NCBI RefSeq assembly: GCF_006345805.1
Contig: NC_043006.1
Span: 7,502,001-7,566,000, forward strand
Direction of reading: 5' to 3'
Length of the DNA stretch: 64,000 nt
From: Octopus sinensis
Taxonomy: Eukaryota
Each line of letters starts with the position of its first letter. Within the stretch, counting starts at the first letter, position 1. This document shows positions 38,320 to 51,799 of the stretch, piece by piece. The notes beneath the pieces were generated by a model. The model was not told the DNA's origin and made no database searches. It saw nothing but the letters and a program-made list of their open reading frames with translations. The position numbers and the translations under genes were made by a program.

Positions 38320-39130
38320 GGAAGTCATAACTTAAGTCGAAGTCCAAAGACAGTTTAAGGGGATGTTTCAAAAACTTCCTCATACACGTCTTACAATCAC
38401 TGGAATTAGAGAAAAGTTTGAAGCAGATGGAACTATTCAGAATGACAACAGTAATCACTCCGGAAGATTGCAGAAAACAAGGAGCCACACAAAGCACGGA
38501 AGGGTATAGCAACATATGTTACAAGCGAATCGTGGAATAGGAATTTCAAAATTAAGCGTCCAATCTCATTTTCGAGTGTTATCATTGGAAGAGTCACATT
38601 CCAAAAATAAACCATACCCACAGTGAAGATGAACCGTACCGACGAGTAGAGTTTGGTAGAGATATTTAGCAAGATATGTAAAAGAAGCACAGTTTCTAAG
38701 AAAGATTGTTTGCCGTATACATCTGAATTCAATGGATAAATTAACTACGGGGACTTGAGAATTTATATACTGCGGAGGAAGATCATGTTAATTCAGCAGG
38801 AGTTATATAGTCGTACGACTTATGATCAATGTGATCAGTGCAAAACATTCATGTGTATTTTGAAGTTGTGACGTCTATTTCCCGCACACAGGGGTTCTCC
38901 CACCCAATTATAGTAATATAAGGGCCTACCTTGAGATTTTACCAAACAGTTAGATTAGACGAATATTACTCTTCGCGTTCACCGGACGTCCCACCAATAA
39001 TCTTCTTTTATGAGGACACAGTACAAAACCGGCAACAGCTGACGAACTGAAGGCAGTTATTGAACGAAAATTCGGCTAAATACTGAACGAAATGTATCTT
39101 GGTGTTTACGATTTTCAGCAGTACCTGGAA
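38320..39130 (+). mobile_element. Decayed IS630-Tc1-mariner transposase (DUF4817-like N-terminal HTH)
   Basis: Manual multi-frame translation gives YWKS...EVQRQF...PHTRLTITGIREKFEADGTIQN...HSGR, WKSHIP...RRVEF, RAYL and SRSPDVPPIIFF (PRSPDLTPxDFF-like). Missed by the ORF track. Confidence 0.75.
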
Positions 39131-40213
39131 TAGAATTGCCATCAGTATGGAAATATTTTTATAGAAAATGATAAATTCTGTCGATGCTAAATAATTTTGA
39201 TAACAAAATACATTTTAATAAACACTGTAAACGACATGTATATGCAGGTAGGTAGGTAGATAGGTTGATAGATGGATAAAAATAAATTTAAAAGACAATA
39301 TTGAAATATTGAAAATATTAAACCTAGTTATTTTCGTTTTCAAATCTTCGACAGTTTCTGTCACTAATGGAAGGAAAACAGATTAAATATTTCAAGTATT
39401 TTAGAATACTTCAAATTGAAAATTCATATGTTAAAACTGTAAGGAAACTTCTTTCCAATAATAGGATTAATTGGCTGACAATTTTGACGAACAGTTACAT
39501 ACGCCAGTGTATGATTAATTCTTATCTAATTTCTAAGCCAAGACAACTGAATACTATCGTAGTTATTTTAACGACATCCTCGTATACAATGGTGTTGTAA
39601 TTGAAATGAAGTATAATGTGAAATAGAGATCAATTCATTGAGCTGTTTCTTGGGTTTGTGATTTTCTTTAAAATTTGAGAGAAGAAAACGGAAATTGTCA
39701 GATTCGTGTCTTTCTGGTGGACATTTTGCAGCATAAAATGCAAATTTTGATGTAAAATGTCTTGTTAGACTGCCTAATATGTTAGTTGAAAATGTGTCTA
39801 CTTTTAAGAACTAAGATACTTTTATTTCAGTGCTTTAGAATAGTTTGGTACATAAGTCTGTACAGTAAGAGATCAAATTCTGCCGTGGCCGACTCTGCCT
39901 TTCATTCTTTTGGAGTTGATAAAATATCTATTGAGGACTTGGTCGACGTAATCGACTTTCCCCTCGCCCGAAATCGCTGCCCTTTTTACCAAAATTTGAA
40001 ACCAATATTTCAAACGAAGTGATACGAAAATTTCGCTACGCTTTTTTGACATTGTCAATATTCTCATCATTATCAGTGCACGTCCACCCCATCCAATACT
40101 GTCAATGCTTACCTCCATTACGTTGATCCCTATTGAATCTGTCAATTATTTCCTTCCATTTCACTAGGCCTTATTAATAGTCATTGTTTTCCTCAAATTG
40201 TGCTTATTTCTTC

Positions 40214-40568
40214 TAGCGGTATTTCGTCTGCCGTTACGTTCTGAGTTCAAATTTCGCCGAGGTCGGCTTTACCTTTCATCCTTTCGGGGTCGATAAATTA
40301 AGTACCAGTTACGCACTGGGGTCGATGTAATTGATTTAATCCCGTTGTCTGTCCTTCTTTGTCCCCTCTATGTTTAGCCCCTTGTGGGTAGTAAAGAAAT
40401 AGGTATTTCGTCTATCTTCATGTTCTGAGTTCAAACTCCGCCGAGGTCGACTTTGCCTTTCATCGTTTCGGTGTCGATAAATTAAGTACCAATGAAATAA
40501 TGGGGTCAATCTAATCGATTGGCTCCTCCCCATAAATTTCTGGCCTTGTACCTAGAGTAGAAACGAAT
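40214..40568 (+). mobile_element. SINE family A dimer
   Basis: Tail 1 unit, junction gtaaagaaataggtatttcg, then tail 2 unit. Confidence 0.92.
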
Positions 40569-42954
40569 ATCTTCATCCCAATGGACTTCTCTATATTGGC
40601 ATTGTCAATACTTTCCCCCCATGATGCTAGTCTTTATTAATACTATCAATGCTTTCTTCTCCTAGGCTAGTCCCATTCTCTTCTAAGCCAGTCCATGCAT
40701 TTTAATCTATAAGAAATATATATTGTCCCTAAAAGGACAAAGTCTTTGACCCTGCCAATTAAAAATTTATTGCTGTCTCCATTTCGGCTCTTCTGGAAGA
40801 GATATAAGCAGTAATCTCTTATGTCATGTCTTTTACCATTGTTAGAATCCGGTATTCCAATTTGTGCGAAGCAAAATATTTCCAAAACTAGTTCTTGTAC
40901 GTTATATATAACTCGTCTGTCACTTTGGATATTCTAGAAAGAAGCAATACTGTACGTTACATACCATCGTCTGTGTGACTAGTGTTGAGGATCTACTCAC
41001 CAAAGTAGTACTAGCACTTTTTCCGCAGCCATTGCTCTTTCCCGAAAATATGATGGCTTCTCTTCTCACTCAAATAAGCCTACACTATCATTTATACCCT
41101 CTGCTTTGTCTGTAAACTTTGTACTATATATGTTTTCCATATATTTTTCCAGTAATTTTATCTCTTTAAAATCTCCACTACAGCCAGGTTTTACCACGGA
41201 CAAGTATTAGTTTACAAAATATGAAGCAGAACAAAGTTGAATTTTCCACATCAGCATATGTGAACCGTCTGCAGTTATGGCAGTTCACTCTGTCAAACTA
41301 ATAAGGAAAATGTAGAACATTAATCGTGAAAAGTTATTTGATAAAACAAATTCTTTACTTAATTTCCTCTTGCAAAACATTCTCATCATAATACATTGTT
41401 GTAAGGTGAGTGAACTCTTCACGTTCCATGTCAAAAATTTTAGGAGTGTTGAAAGCAATTTACAATTAATAAGCATAATTCATTTATGGTATTAATTATT
41501 TCTAAATTACACTGAAATCTATATATGTGAATTTGTTTGTGATCGTGATTGACTTTAAAATTACTTAAATATCCCAACCGACTCGAAAAAAACATTTAAT
41601 TCTGAGTGCGTTTGTATGCGCACCCATATACGTGCGTGTGTATGCTGGAGCCTACACGGTTTGTCCGTACACGCGTTGAAGTCAGTCAAACTGAAACATT
41701 AAAATCAATTCCGATTATTTGAATAAATTGTAAATCAATTTATTTTAATTACTTTATTAGCAATAGTGTCTGTATGTATTTAGTTTTTTATAATATTTGG
41801 AAGCTATTGTTGTTTAAATAAGTTCGATTTTTGTATGGTTTATCATGCAGAGTAACCTTCATTCTAAAGGGAAATTGGCTTTCAGTCCAGCCATTAAATA
41901 AAAAACATTGATTAATTTGACGCATATATTACGACACAACGTATTAATAAAACTGTTGTTAATGGTAATTAATATGATTTGCATCAACATTAGCCGATTT
42001 TCTGTACAGTTTCAATAGTTATAGAACTAAAGATTCTTTTTATCTTTCACTATATTCTCAAACTGTTATAAAATAATCGTCCTTTTTCTGATCAATCTCA
42101 TCACTTTATTAGATCGTCGAAGATGATATCAACTAAAAATTGAAAGATAAGGTACATTATTAGCCAGGTAATATATACGAGAGTACAGAGAACTCCAATA
42201 AGCTTGACTGCTGGCAGTATACATTATATGAAAACATACGTGTATACATTTCATAAATACATGACTACATACACGCACATATACATACACATATGTGTGT
42301 ATACTGAGAATATTCATCGAAATACGAGGCCGTTACTTTATAATATTCGTGAATATTCTTATATATGTTTTCACTGCCACTTCAATTTAATACCACAAAT
42401 AAAATGGTATAATAAAATATAACAACATTCAAGAAAATAGAGAAATGCAAATGCCATGTTAAAAATTTATTAACATTTTAATATAATATAATTATACTAT
42501 AAAAAGATATGCTATAACAAATAATTAAAACAAATATAAATCCAACAATTTGTTTCGACTCATATCCACCAGTGAATTTATAAAAATTAACATTTATGCA
42601 TATGAGTGTCCTCGGGGTAATGGTTACCCAAAATGCAAACATTTTATGCAAGGAGTGCTAAATCATGCTTGTAAACATAGGTGTATTTTAATTCAATTTA
42701 TTTTATGATTTAGCAGTCCTTCCATAAAAAATTTGTCCGTTATTTTTTACGCATATAGGAAGACAGATATGCATAAATGCGAATTTTTAAAATTCTCTTC
42801 TGGATAGGAGTCGAAATAACGTGTTAGATTCATATTCGTTTTAATTATTTATATTATATTATAATATATTATATTATATATTTTCATAGTATAATTATAT
42901 TATAACGTAAATAATTTTTTTTAATATGTTAATTCTAATTCTCTATTTCCTTTA

Positions 42955-43006
<52 letters not shown>

Positions 43007-44149
43007 TGGGGCGGGGGCGCGTCTATGTATGTGTGTGTGTGTTTGTGTGCATTCGCACGTGTGTATTTATATGTCAGACAAATGAGATAGGCATTTCAAT
43101 AATATTTTTAGCGGAGAAAATTTTTTATTGAAACAGGAACTCGAATCGCGCTACAAACTCAGTTTCATTCGAAAAAAGAAAATTACACACATTCCCGCAG
43201 TTCCATGACTGTAACAAGTGAAAGATAAAAGATTTTTGTATGTATAAATATATGTGTGTGCGTGTGTGTCCGTCCGTGTATCTGTGTGTGTGTTATTTTG
43301 TGTACAAAGAGATGTTCGACATCTCTACTGATATGTTTAGAGCTGATTCCAGAAAAGGGGCTTTAGTTAATAAAATATTTCGTAAAATATTACCAGTTAT
43401 GTGAAGAGATGTAGAATAAATAAAGATAAACGCATGTTTAATTATTAGTTTCTACGCGCGTTACATACTATCGTTGCATTTAAACACAATATTGGGTGTT
43501 CCAAGTGTTTTTGGAAGCTTAGTCAGAACGGATCAGCTGGAAACACTTTATTGTATTAAGTTACAGAGAACAAATGTCAGGGTTCGGGTAGGTAGTGACG
43601 TATTTCATAAGTATTTTGATAGAAATAGGAGACCGATTGACTACAAAGAATATAACTGAATAAAAACGAGAAAAAGGAGAAGAGTGAAAAAAAATACAGA
43701 AGACAAATAGATTAAGAGAAAAGTGATAGGAAAAGAGAGACAGAAGGGAAGAGGAAAAGCGGAAAATGAAAATGAAACGGGAAGAAAAAAAGTTAGAGAA
43801 CAACATGGATAAAGGAAAACATGAAAATATGAAAAGAATTAAACATTAATATAAAATAACGGATAAAAATATACATGATTAATGCAAGTGTAATGAACTT
43901 ATAAATGAATAAAGAGATGATAAAAGTGAGGTCGATTAACTGGGAGACAGTATTTCTCTGTAACGTCATGTAATATGTGTTCCCTGTTGGTTCGCACTGG
44001 TTAAGCATCCAAATGTACATGGATCATTTAAAGCAATCAGGACGTTGAAACGTGCGTAGGAACTAAAAATATAAACACGTATTTATAATAATGTGTATGT
44101 GTGTGTACTTTGTCTCTGTGTGTGTGTGTGCGTATGTTATTTTTATTAC

Positions 44150-44890
44150 CGCTGTTACCAAGCTTAATGATCAGCTATACCCGATTTATCAATATCTCCT
44201 CGTGTCACAGCTTTGCGATGTTAGTCAACCGTATTTTGAGGGGCGGCATGTTTCACCTTTGTATAACCTACCACAGCTGCATGGGATGGCGTACAAGCAG
44301 TCTGGTCATATTTTCTTCTATTGGTGATTTTACTCGAAGCGGGGATTTGCGAAGTGTTGTATTACTATTTAGTACTCTTCTGATGTCATATGGGCCACAT
44401 ATCTTTTCGCAGAGGCCTTCCACACATGGTAGACAGACCGCGTACAGTTTATTGGTTTCATCCCCTCTTTTGTTTATAATTGGAGTGGATAGTATGTTTT
44501 TGTAGTAGTGGTTGCTTAATAAATTTTCACTGAGCTTGATTATTTCTTCGTGGTGGGTATCGCGATCGCTACTTATATTTTTTGCTCGATTTTTCAGGCG
44601 CCGAGTAATCCCTCTCTTTACACAGTACAGATGGAGGGAATTGAAGTTGAGGTATTGTCCAGTGAATGTCAGCTTGCGGTATACGGATGTCCTGAATCCA
44701 CATTTAGTGCGTGTTATTAATACGTCCAAGAATGTTAGCTGATTGTTTTTTTTTACCTTTTCCATTGTGAACTGTATGGATGGCTTATTTAGTTCACGAA
44801 GAAATGATCAAGTTAAATAAAAATCTATTAATTGATAATTGCCCCAAAATCATACTATCCACTGCAATTATGAAGAAAAGAGAAGATGAA
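44150..44890 (-). mobile_element. Penelope-like element fragment (RT C-terminus plus GIY-YIG) with a 5' inverted piece
   Basis: QLTFLDVLI...TSVYRKLTFTGQYLNFNS, then LYAIPCSCGRLYKGET in a shifted frame; about 44800-44890 is an inverted copy of about 44455-44545. Confidence 0.88.
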
Positions 44891-45232
44891 GCGCTCTATC
44901 TGCTGCCAGTTACCATTAAATGGCGGGCTAAGGACACCTTGGCTGAATATGCGGAAACTCGCGTTAAGGTTGAGACACCTCTGGCTTTACCTGGATGGAG
45001 AATAGGTGTGATCACCGCACGTCCGGTTCTTCCGCAGTTAACGTCCTTAACGGACATTGGTACATGGTTCAAAAGAGACCTAGACTGGGGGGGCTGGCAA
45101 TTGGAGTGCCGTCAGCCACATTAGCTAGTAACAACACGTACGAGACGCTTCAAAAAAACAACAACAGTTCTCACCTTCTTCGCACAAAAATCACCCTCTT
45201 CGCATAAAAATCACACTAATTCGCCAACAGTG

Positions 45233-45330
45233 GTCAAAATAGTTTTGTCTCTTTGAGACCGCGACCTGTTCAATGACAAAATTTTGTCAGTGAACAGGTC
45301 GCGGTCTGAAAGCGACAAAAATATTTTGAC
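45233..45330. repeat. 98-nt loopless hairpin
   Basis: gtcaaaatagttttgtc...gacaaaa|ttttgtc...gacaaaaatattttgac. Confidence 0.9.
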
Positions 45331-46015
45331 AAGTTAAATTTAAATGTTGAAGTGAATCTAACGGATTTTATATTTATTTAAATTATTGCATTATTTTTTA
45401 TAATTTATATAGTCTATTCAAGTGCTTTGAAATAAAATTATGTGGTTATTTGATTCAGGGGTTGGGGTTTCAGTACTTCATTTAACTAAATGTAAAATTA
45501 CTTCGGTGCCTACATTTAACTCATCGTTCCTCATATGTGTTTAATAATTCATCTCTAGACAGTAGTAGTTTCATAAATTCTGTTATGCATAATAAATACA
45601 TTTTATTCTCCATATTATAGGAGTGGGCTCTACTTACAATACTCCAATTAAAGGTGTACTCTCTTTTTCTAGATTCTAATTCCCATATATATTTACTTAA
45701 GCCTGTAGACTTACATAAATTGGGATTTTTAAAGGTCTGATAGCGTTGGGATATTCCTTTTTAATTTTTAAAATTATTATGTCGTGTTACACAAACTGAT
45801 ACCATGAGTTTACTTTCATATATACTCATTAGGTTAATTTTTGCATTATATGAAATAAAATACACGCATATCGATTAATCCCCAAAATTGAATATATGCA
45901 TATATATAGATATATATATACACATATATACATATAATATATATACATATACATGTTCTGTTTTCTTTTATATGTTTCAACCTTGAGGATGCGGCCATGC
46001 TAGGGCATCGCCATT

Positions 46016-46048
<33 letters not shown>

Positions 46049-46272
46049 TACACACGTCCAGACCTCTCATACGCACTACATACTCTCTCATACACACACA
46101 CACTCTTATGTTGGGGCGAGGTCATTTAACCCTATTATCTCCCCTAATTTCGCTCTTGCGTCTCACGTTTGATCTTTGACTTCTGGCCGAAATCAGATCG
46201 CCATGTTGATTCGCTAGCCTCTGCACGCATTTTTTTCTCTCCTTGTTTCTTTCTGTGTTTCTTTTCTGTGTA

Positions 46273-46310
46273 TCTTTCTGTTGAAGAGCGTAGGTTCGAA
46301 ACGTAAAAGA
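46273..46310 (+). ncRNA. Minimal hammerhead-like fold with atypical core
   Basis: UCUUU-CUGUUGAA-GAGC GUAG GUUC-GAAA-CG-UA-AAAGA; stems I and II, GAAA and GUA present; core deviates from CUGANGA. Confidence 0.4.
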
Positions 46311-46407
46311 CTTGTTTTATTAATATTCCTGAGCGCCATACTAATACAATTGTTTGTTTGTATTCCACCTGCCTTCGTCTTTTGTTTATTTTCATAAAGC
46401 TTCCCGT

Positions 46408-46438
<31 letters not shown>

Positions 46439-46857
46439 GCATATAATCATATGCATACACATACACGCACATACACACACAAGCATATATATTGTTACTG
46501 AGTTAATTATTTTACTATTATATCGTTAGTACCAGTTTAAATTACATTCCATTAATCACATATTTTAAAGGAAATTACAGAGAAATTCAATGGCGATTAT
46601 GTTCAGATTACGTTTGCCAAAAAAACACCTGTTTGTGGCAGACGAAATTGAATCAGCACCAGAACAGAGTAATTCTAATTAATCTCCCATTACGTGTTGT
46701 ATATATGTATAGACTAAGTTTATTTTACAAAATGTACACTTGTATAGCTTTATATATATCGTAGGCCAAAAGTCACGCAAGAAAACATTTAATATTTTAT
46801 TTATATTACGTGATTATTACTTTTTTGTGTTAAAGAGAGCAGAAACTGGGGTAAATA

Positions 46858-47340
46858 TACGAAGCCCAGTATACCCATCTTGACTACCCGTCTTATAAGG
46901 ACACCACGCACATGCATCAAAAGTCTATGTGCATGACATGTTGATCTCGTATCAAGATAACTAACGCAAAACCTTGCATGTGGGGCCCAGTTACAATTTT
47001 CATCAGGTCGAGTAGTCCATCCCGCTCAAAAGGTCCATGAATATGGAAGCTCAGTGAAACACCTATGTTTCCAGAGATGAATTATTCAAACCCCAAAGAA
47101 TTCCTCTCAACACTGGCTATGATGCTCCCCCAGTATCTCTGGTCATGATCAGAGATGAACATTTCGTCAGTCACTAAGGGACATGCTCAACTGGTTAAGG
47201 TCAAGTAACTGACAATTAAATCTTATGTATTGAGCAGAATATTTGATGCAGCCCATCTTTTATACCAAAACAAATCCCGTTAATGCTACCACCTCTAATC
47301 AGTTAAGATCAGAAAGCCAGTGCCTGGTACTGCATTAGGA
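46858..47340 (-). mobile_element. Probable SINE family E
   Basis: GC-richer block I recall as a dispersed octopus repeat; no second copy in this window. Confidence 0.5.
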
Positions 47341-47369
47341 TTATTATCATCATTATTATTAATGATATT

Positions 47370-50045
47370 AAGGCGGCAATTTGGCAGAATTATTTGCACG
47401 CCGGTTAAAATGCTTAGCGGTATTTCGTCTGCCGTTACTTTCTGAGTTCAAATTCCGGCGAGGTCAACTTTGACTTTCATCCTTTCGGGGTCGATAAATT
47501 AAGTACCAGTTACGCACTGGGGTCGATATAACCGACTTAATCCGTTTGTCTGTTCCTGTTGGTCCTCTCTGTGTTTAGCCCCTTGTGGGTAGTAAAGAAA
47601 TAGGTATTCGGTCTGTCTTTACGTTCTGAGTTCAAATTCCGCTAAGCTCGACTTTGCCTTTCATCCTTTTGGGGTCGATAAATTAAGTACCAGTTGTTTA
47701 CTGAGGTATTGCTTTAAAATTTAAGCATAAAGCTACCATTTTCGGTAGAAGGTGTAAGTCTATTACATGGAACCCAGTATTCAACAAGAACTTATTTTAT
47801 CCTGAAGGTTAAAAGGCAAGGTCGACCAAGGCAGAATTTAAACTCCGGATGTTGAGTCGGAAGAAATGCCGCTAAGCATTCTCCGACGCAGTAAATATTC
47901 TCCTAGCTCAGCGCATTCCGCAATTAATAGTGATTTCAAATATTGGCTAAGGCGAGCAATTTTGGGGAAGGAGTCAAGTCGATTACATCGATCCCAGTGT
48001 ATAACTGGTAGTTATTTTATCGACCCCGAAATGATGAAAGGCAAAGTCGACCCCGGTGGCACTTAAATAAATAGATATAGGGTTCAAAGCTTGGCACAAG
48101 ACCAGTGATTTCTCAGAAAGGGATTAAGTCGATTACATCAATCCCAGTGCTTAAGTGGTACTTATTTTATCAACCCCAAGTTGATGGAAGGGTAATCGAC
48201 CTCGGCAGAATTTGAACTCAGATCCTAAAGACGGACGAAATACCACTAAACATTTTGCCCGGCTTGCTAACGATTCTGCCAGCTCAACGCCTTAGCAATC
48301 AGTTGATATTGGTTTCGAATTTAGGGACAAGGTCAGCAAGTTCAGTTAAGGGGAGTAAATCGATTGCGTCGACCCTTGTGTTGAACTGGTACTTATTTTA
48401 TCGACCACGAAAGGATGAAAGGAAATGTCGACATGGCGAAATTTGAAGTCAGAATATTAAGCCGGACTAAATGCTTTGCAGCATTTCACCCGGCTAACTA
48501 ACAGCCCTGCCAGCTCGCAGCCTTCATTCTGTTCGTAATATTAACTGATTGCAAAGCGGCGAGCTGCCGGGCGAAATGCTTAGCGGTAATTCGTCCGTCT
48601 TTATGCACTGAGTTCAAATTTCGGCGAGGTCGACTTTGCTTTTCATTCTTTCGGGGTCGATAAATTAAGTACCAGTTGCGTAGTGGGGTCGATCTAATCG
48701 ACTGGCCAACTCCCCAAAAAATTCTGGGCATTGTGCCGAGAGTAAAAAAATAATATTAACTGATTGCTAAGGCTGGTAACTGGCAGAAACGTTAGCACGC
48801 CGGGCGAGGTTCTTCGCGGTATTTCGTCTGCCGCTACGTTCTGAGTTCAAGTTTCACCGAGGTCGACTTTGCCTTTCATCCTTTCAGGGTCGATTAAATA
48901 AGTACCAGTTACGCACTGGAGTCGATATAATGGACTTAATCTGTTTGTCTGTCCTTGTTTGTCCTCTCTGTGTTTAGCCCCTTGTGGGTAGTAAAGAAAT
49001 AGGTATTTCGCTCGTCTTTACGATTTGAGTTCAAATTCCACCGAAGTCAACTTTGCCTTCATCCTTTCGGAGATGATAAAATAAGTACCACTTAAGCACT
49101 GGAGTCGACGTAATCGACTTACGCCTCCCGTAAATTTTCAGGTCTTATGCCTATAGTAGAAACCAATCAATCAATATTGGTTTCAAATTTTGTTACAAGG
49201 CCACGACTTTTGGGGCATGGTGCCAGTCGATTACAGTGATCCCAGTGTTCAACTGGTACTTAATTTATCGACCCCCGAAAGAATTATAGGCGAAGTCGAC
49301 CTCGGCGTAATTTGAACCCAGAACGTGCAGGTAGACGAAATAATGCTAAGCATTTTGCCCAGTATGCTAACGATTCTGCCAGCTCGACGCCGTAACCAAT
49401 CAATTAATATTGGTTTCAAGTTCTGTCACAAGGACGGCAATTTTGGGGGAGGGGATAAATCGATTACATCGACCCCAGTGTTTTACTGGTAATTAATGTA
49501 TCGACCTGGAAAGGATCAAAGGCAAAGTCGACCTCAGCGGAATTTGAACTCAGAACGTAGCGGCAGACGAAATACCTATTTCTTTACTACGTACAAGTGG
49601 CTAAACATAGAGGGGACAAACTAGGACAGACAAACGGATTAAGTCTATTATATCTACCCCAGTGTGTAACTGGTACTTATTTAATCGACCCCGAAATGAT
49701 GAAAGGCAAAGTCGACCTCGGCGGAATTTGAACTCAGAACGTAACGGCAGACCAAATACTGCTAAGCATTTCGCCCGGCGTGCTAACGTTTCTGCCAGTT
49801 CATCGCCTTAAACAATGAATTATTATTACGAGCAGAAATGAAGGCGGTGAGCTGACCGAATCGTTATCATGCCGAGCGGAGTGATCAGCTGCATTTCGTC
49901 CGTCTTCATGTTCAGGGATCAAATTCTGCCGATACCAACTTTGACTTTCATGCTTCTGTGGTCTGTAAAATAAGTACCAATTGAGCACCAGGACCGATGT
50001 AATCGTCTTCCTTCCTCCACCAAAATTGTGTCAAAATTTGGCAAC
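47370..50045. mobile_element. Cluster of about 13 SINE family A units in alternating orientation blocks
   Basis: + 47370-47705 (2 units); - 47753-47912, 47945-48060, 48075-48293, 48305-48524; + 48553-48748, 48768-49163 (2); - 49170-49393, 49405-49810 (2); + 49838-50045. Confidence 0.9.
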
Positions 50046-51220
50046 CGGTTTTACGAGCAGAATGCACGAGGCCACACATACAAAATACAAAGCCACAAAT
50101 ATATAGGCAACTAAATTAAGACCAATATGACATTGGCCCTTTTATTGAGTACAGCTCAAATTTCAACACAACTTTAATAACATTGAGAGGCATCTGCCTA
50201 CAAATTCCCTTCATTCTAAGATAATCCGTTCTAACATGGGCACAATGACACTATTTTAATTAACGTTAGCCTTAAATATTTTATTGTTTGGATCTCAGGA
50301 TGATGAAAGGCTACGTAGAATACTACGTGTGATTTGAACTCAGAATGCAAAGAACTGGTACTGATACTGCACTGCATATTAAATATTCTAGTAATCCACC
50401 GGCATTGTTAATTGTAAGTTAATATGAAATTTTCAAACTGAAGTGACTGCAGACCAAACAACGTGTAGCCTGTTTTTACATAAATACCCGGCAACAGATT
50501 TGGTGAAAAAGAAAACATTGTTTCACATTAAATGTCTTTAGTTAAACATGGAATGTCATATAAAAGACACTGAGTCTCTAAAGCGACACCCCAGTTCCAA
50601 ATTCTTTACTACTTGTTGCATTTGTCAGGCTTGGGTAGAAAAAACTCACTGTCTTGAATTTCTGAATGCCAGTCTATCTCTCTCGTTATCTCTCTACAAA
50701 ATATGTTTTTATTTGCATTCCCGTCATTTTAGTTTCGAAAATATATACCAGTAATATTTCTAGGTCGATTTCTCAACTTGAATCCCCCCAAACAAACAAT
50801 TCCTTGTTCAACGACAAATGAATTATTTCTTTTTCGTGTTGTCATACATTGCACGAGATAAACGAAGCAATATACTTAGTCCCGTAAGCATTTAACAACT
50901 TATTCTAATGCTACATCCGCCCGTGGTTAATGTATTACTATACAAATCGCTGTTTACAAAATACTCACAGCTTTCAACGCTGGGGTAGTAATTTGCTCCA
51001 CTTCAGTGTTATGATTGTATTACTGTAGCAAGCGGAAATGTTTAAAAATATATCTTGTGTTTCTCTAGCTAAATCCGGTTTTGAATATCTGTAAGGAGTT
51101 TGTTATGAATTCTTTCTCTATTTGTTTAGAAACTTCGCAAAATAATTTTGGCATCGTTTTTTTTCTCGTGCCCCCAGAAGAGTGTACTTCTTCCACAGAA
51201 GTGAAAATTAATTGAGGTTG

Positions 51221-51259
<39 letters not shown>

Positions 51260-51799
51260 TATATATTGGGCTAGAGTCTATATATATATAATGTTTCTTT
51301 CTATTTTTCATTACAAAACGACATTCCCTCCATTATTTTCTTTAGTTTCTTATTTCTGTTTTGATATATTTGATAGAAATTGAACCTCAGCTTAGAAATA
51401 TATAATTTAACTTCTCTCTTTCATCTTTCTCTCACTAAGTATGTGTGTGTGAAGTTTAAGAGATACCAATTTTAGTTAGGTTGAGTGGAAGTTTAATATC
51501 CCTCCTAAAATTTAATACATATTCCGAGGAATGTATTTTCTAATTTCTATTGGAGTTAGAGGGGAGTTTTAAAAACTAAAGTGTCTATTTCTAGGAATGT
51601 AACACAGCTAAACATCAAAAATATTAATAATGTAGGGTTATTAAATCGGAGATCCTATCTCTTCCGGAAGGTGAGTTTATGAGATTAATCCTTTTCGCCA
51701 CAGAATTCATGTACAATAAAGTAATTTCACAGTAAAAGTAATTGATGGAAGATTAACATGTATGCTTATATTTTGTGCAAGTTTTCAGGGATAAGACCA

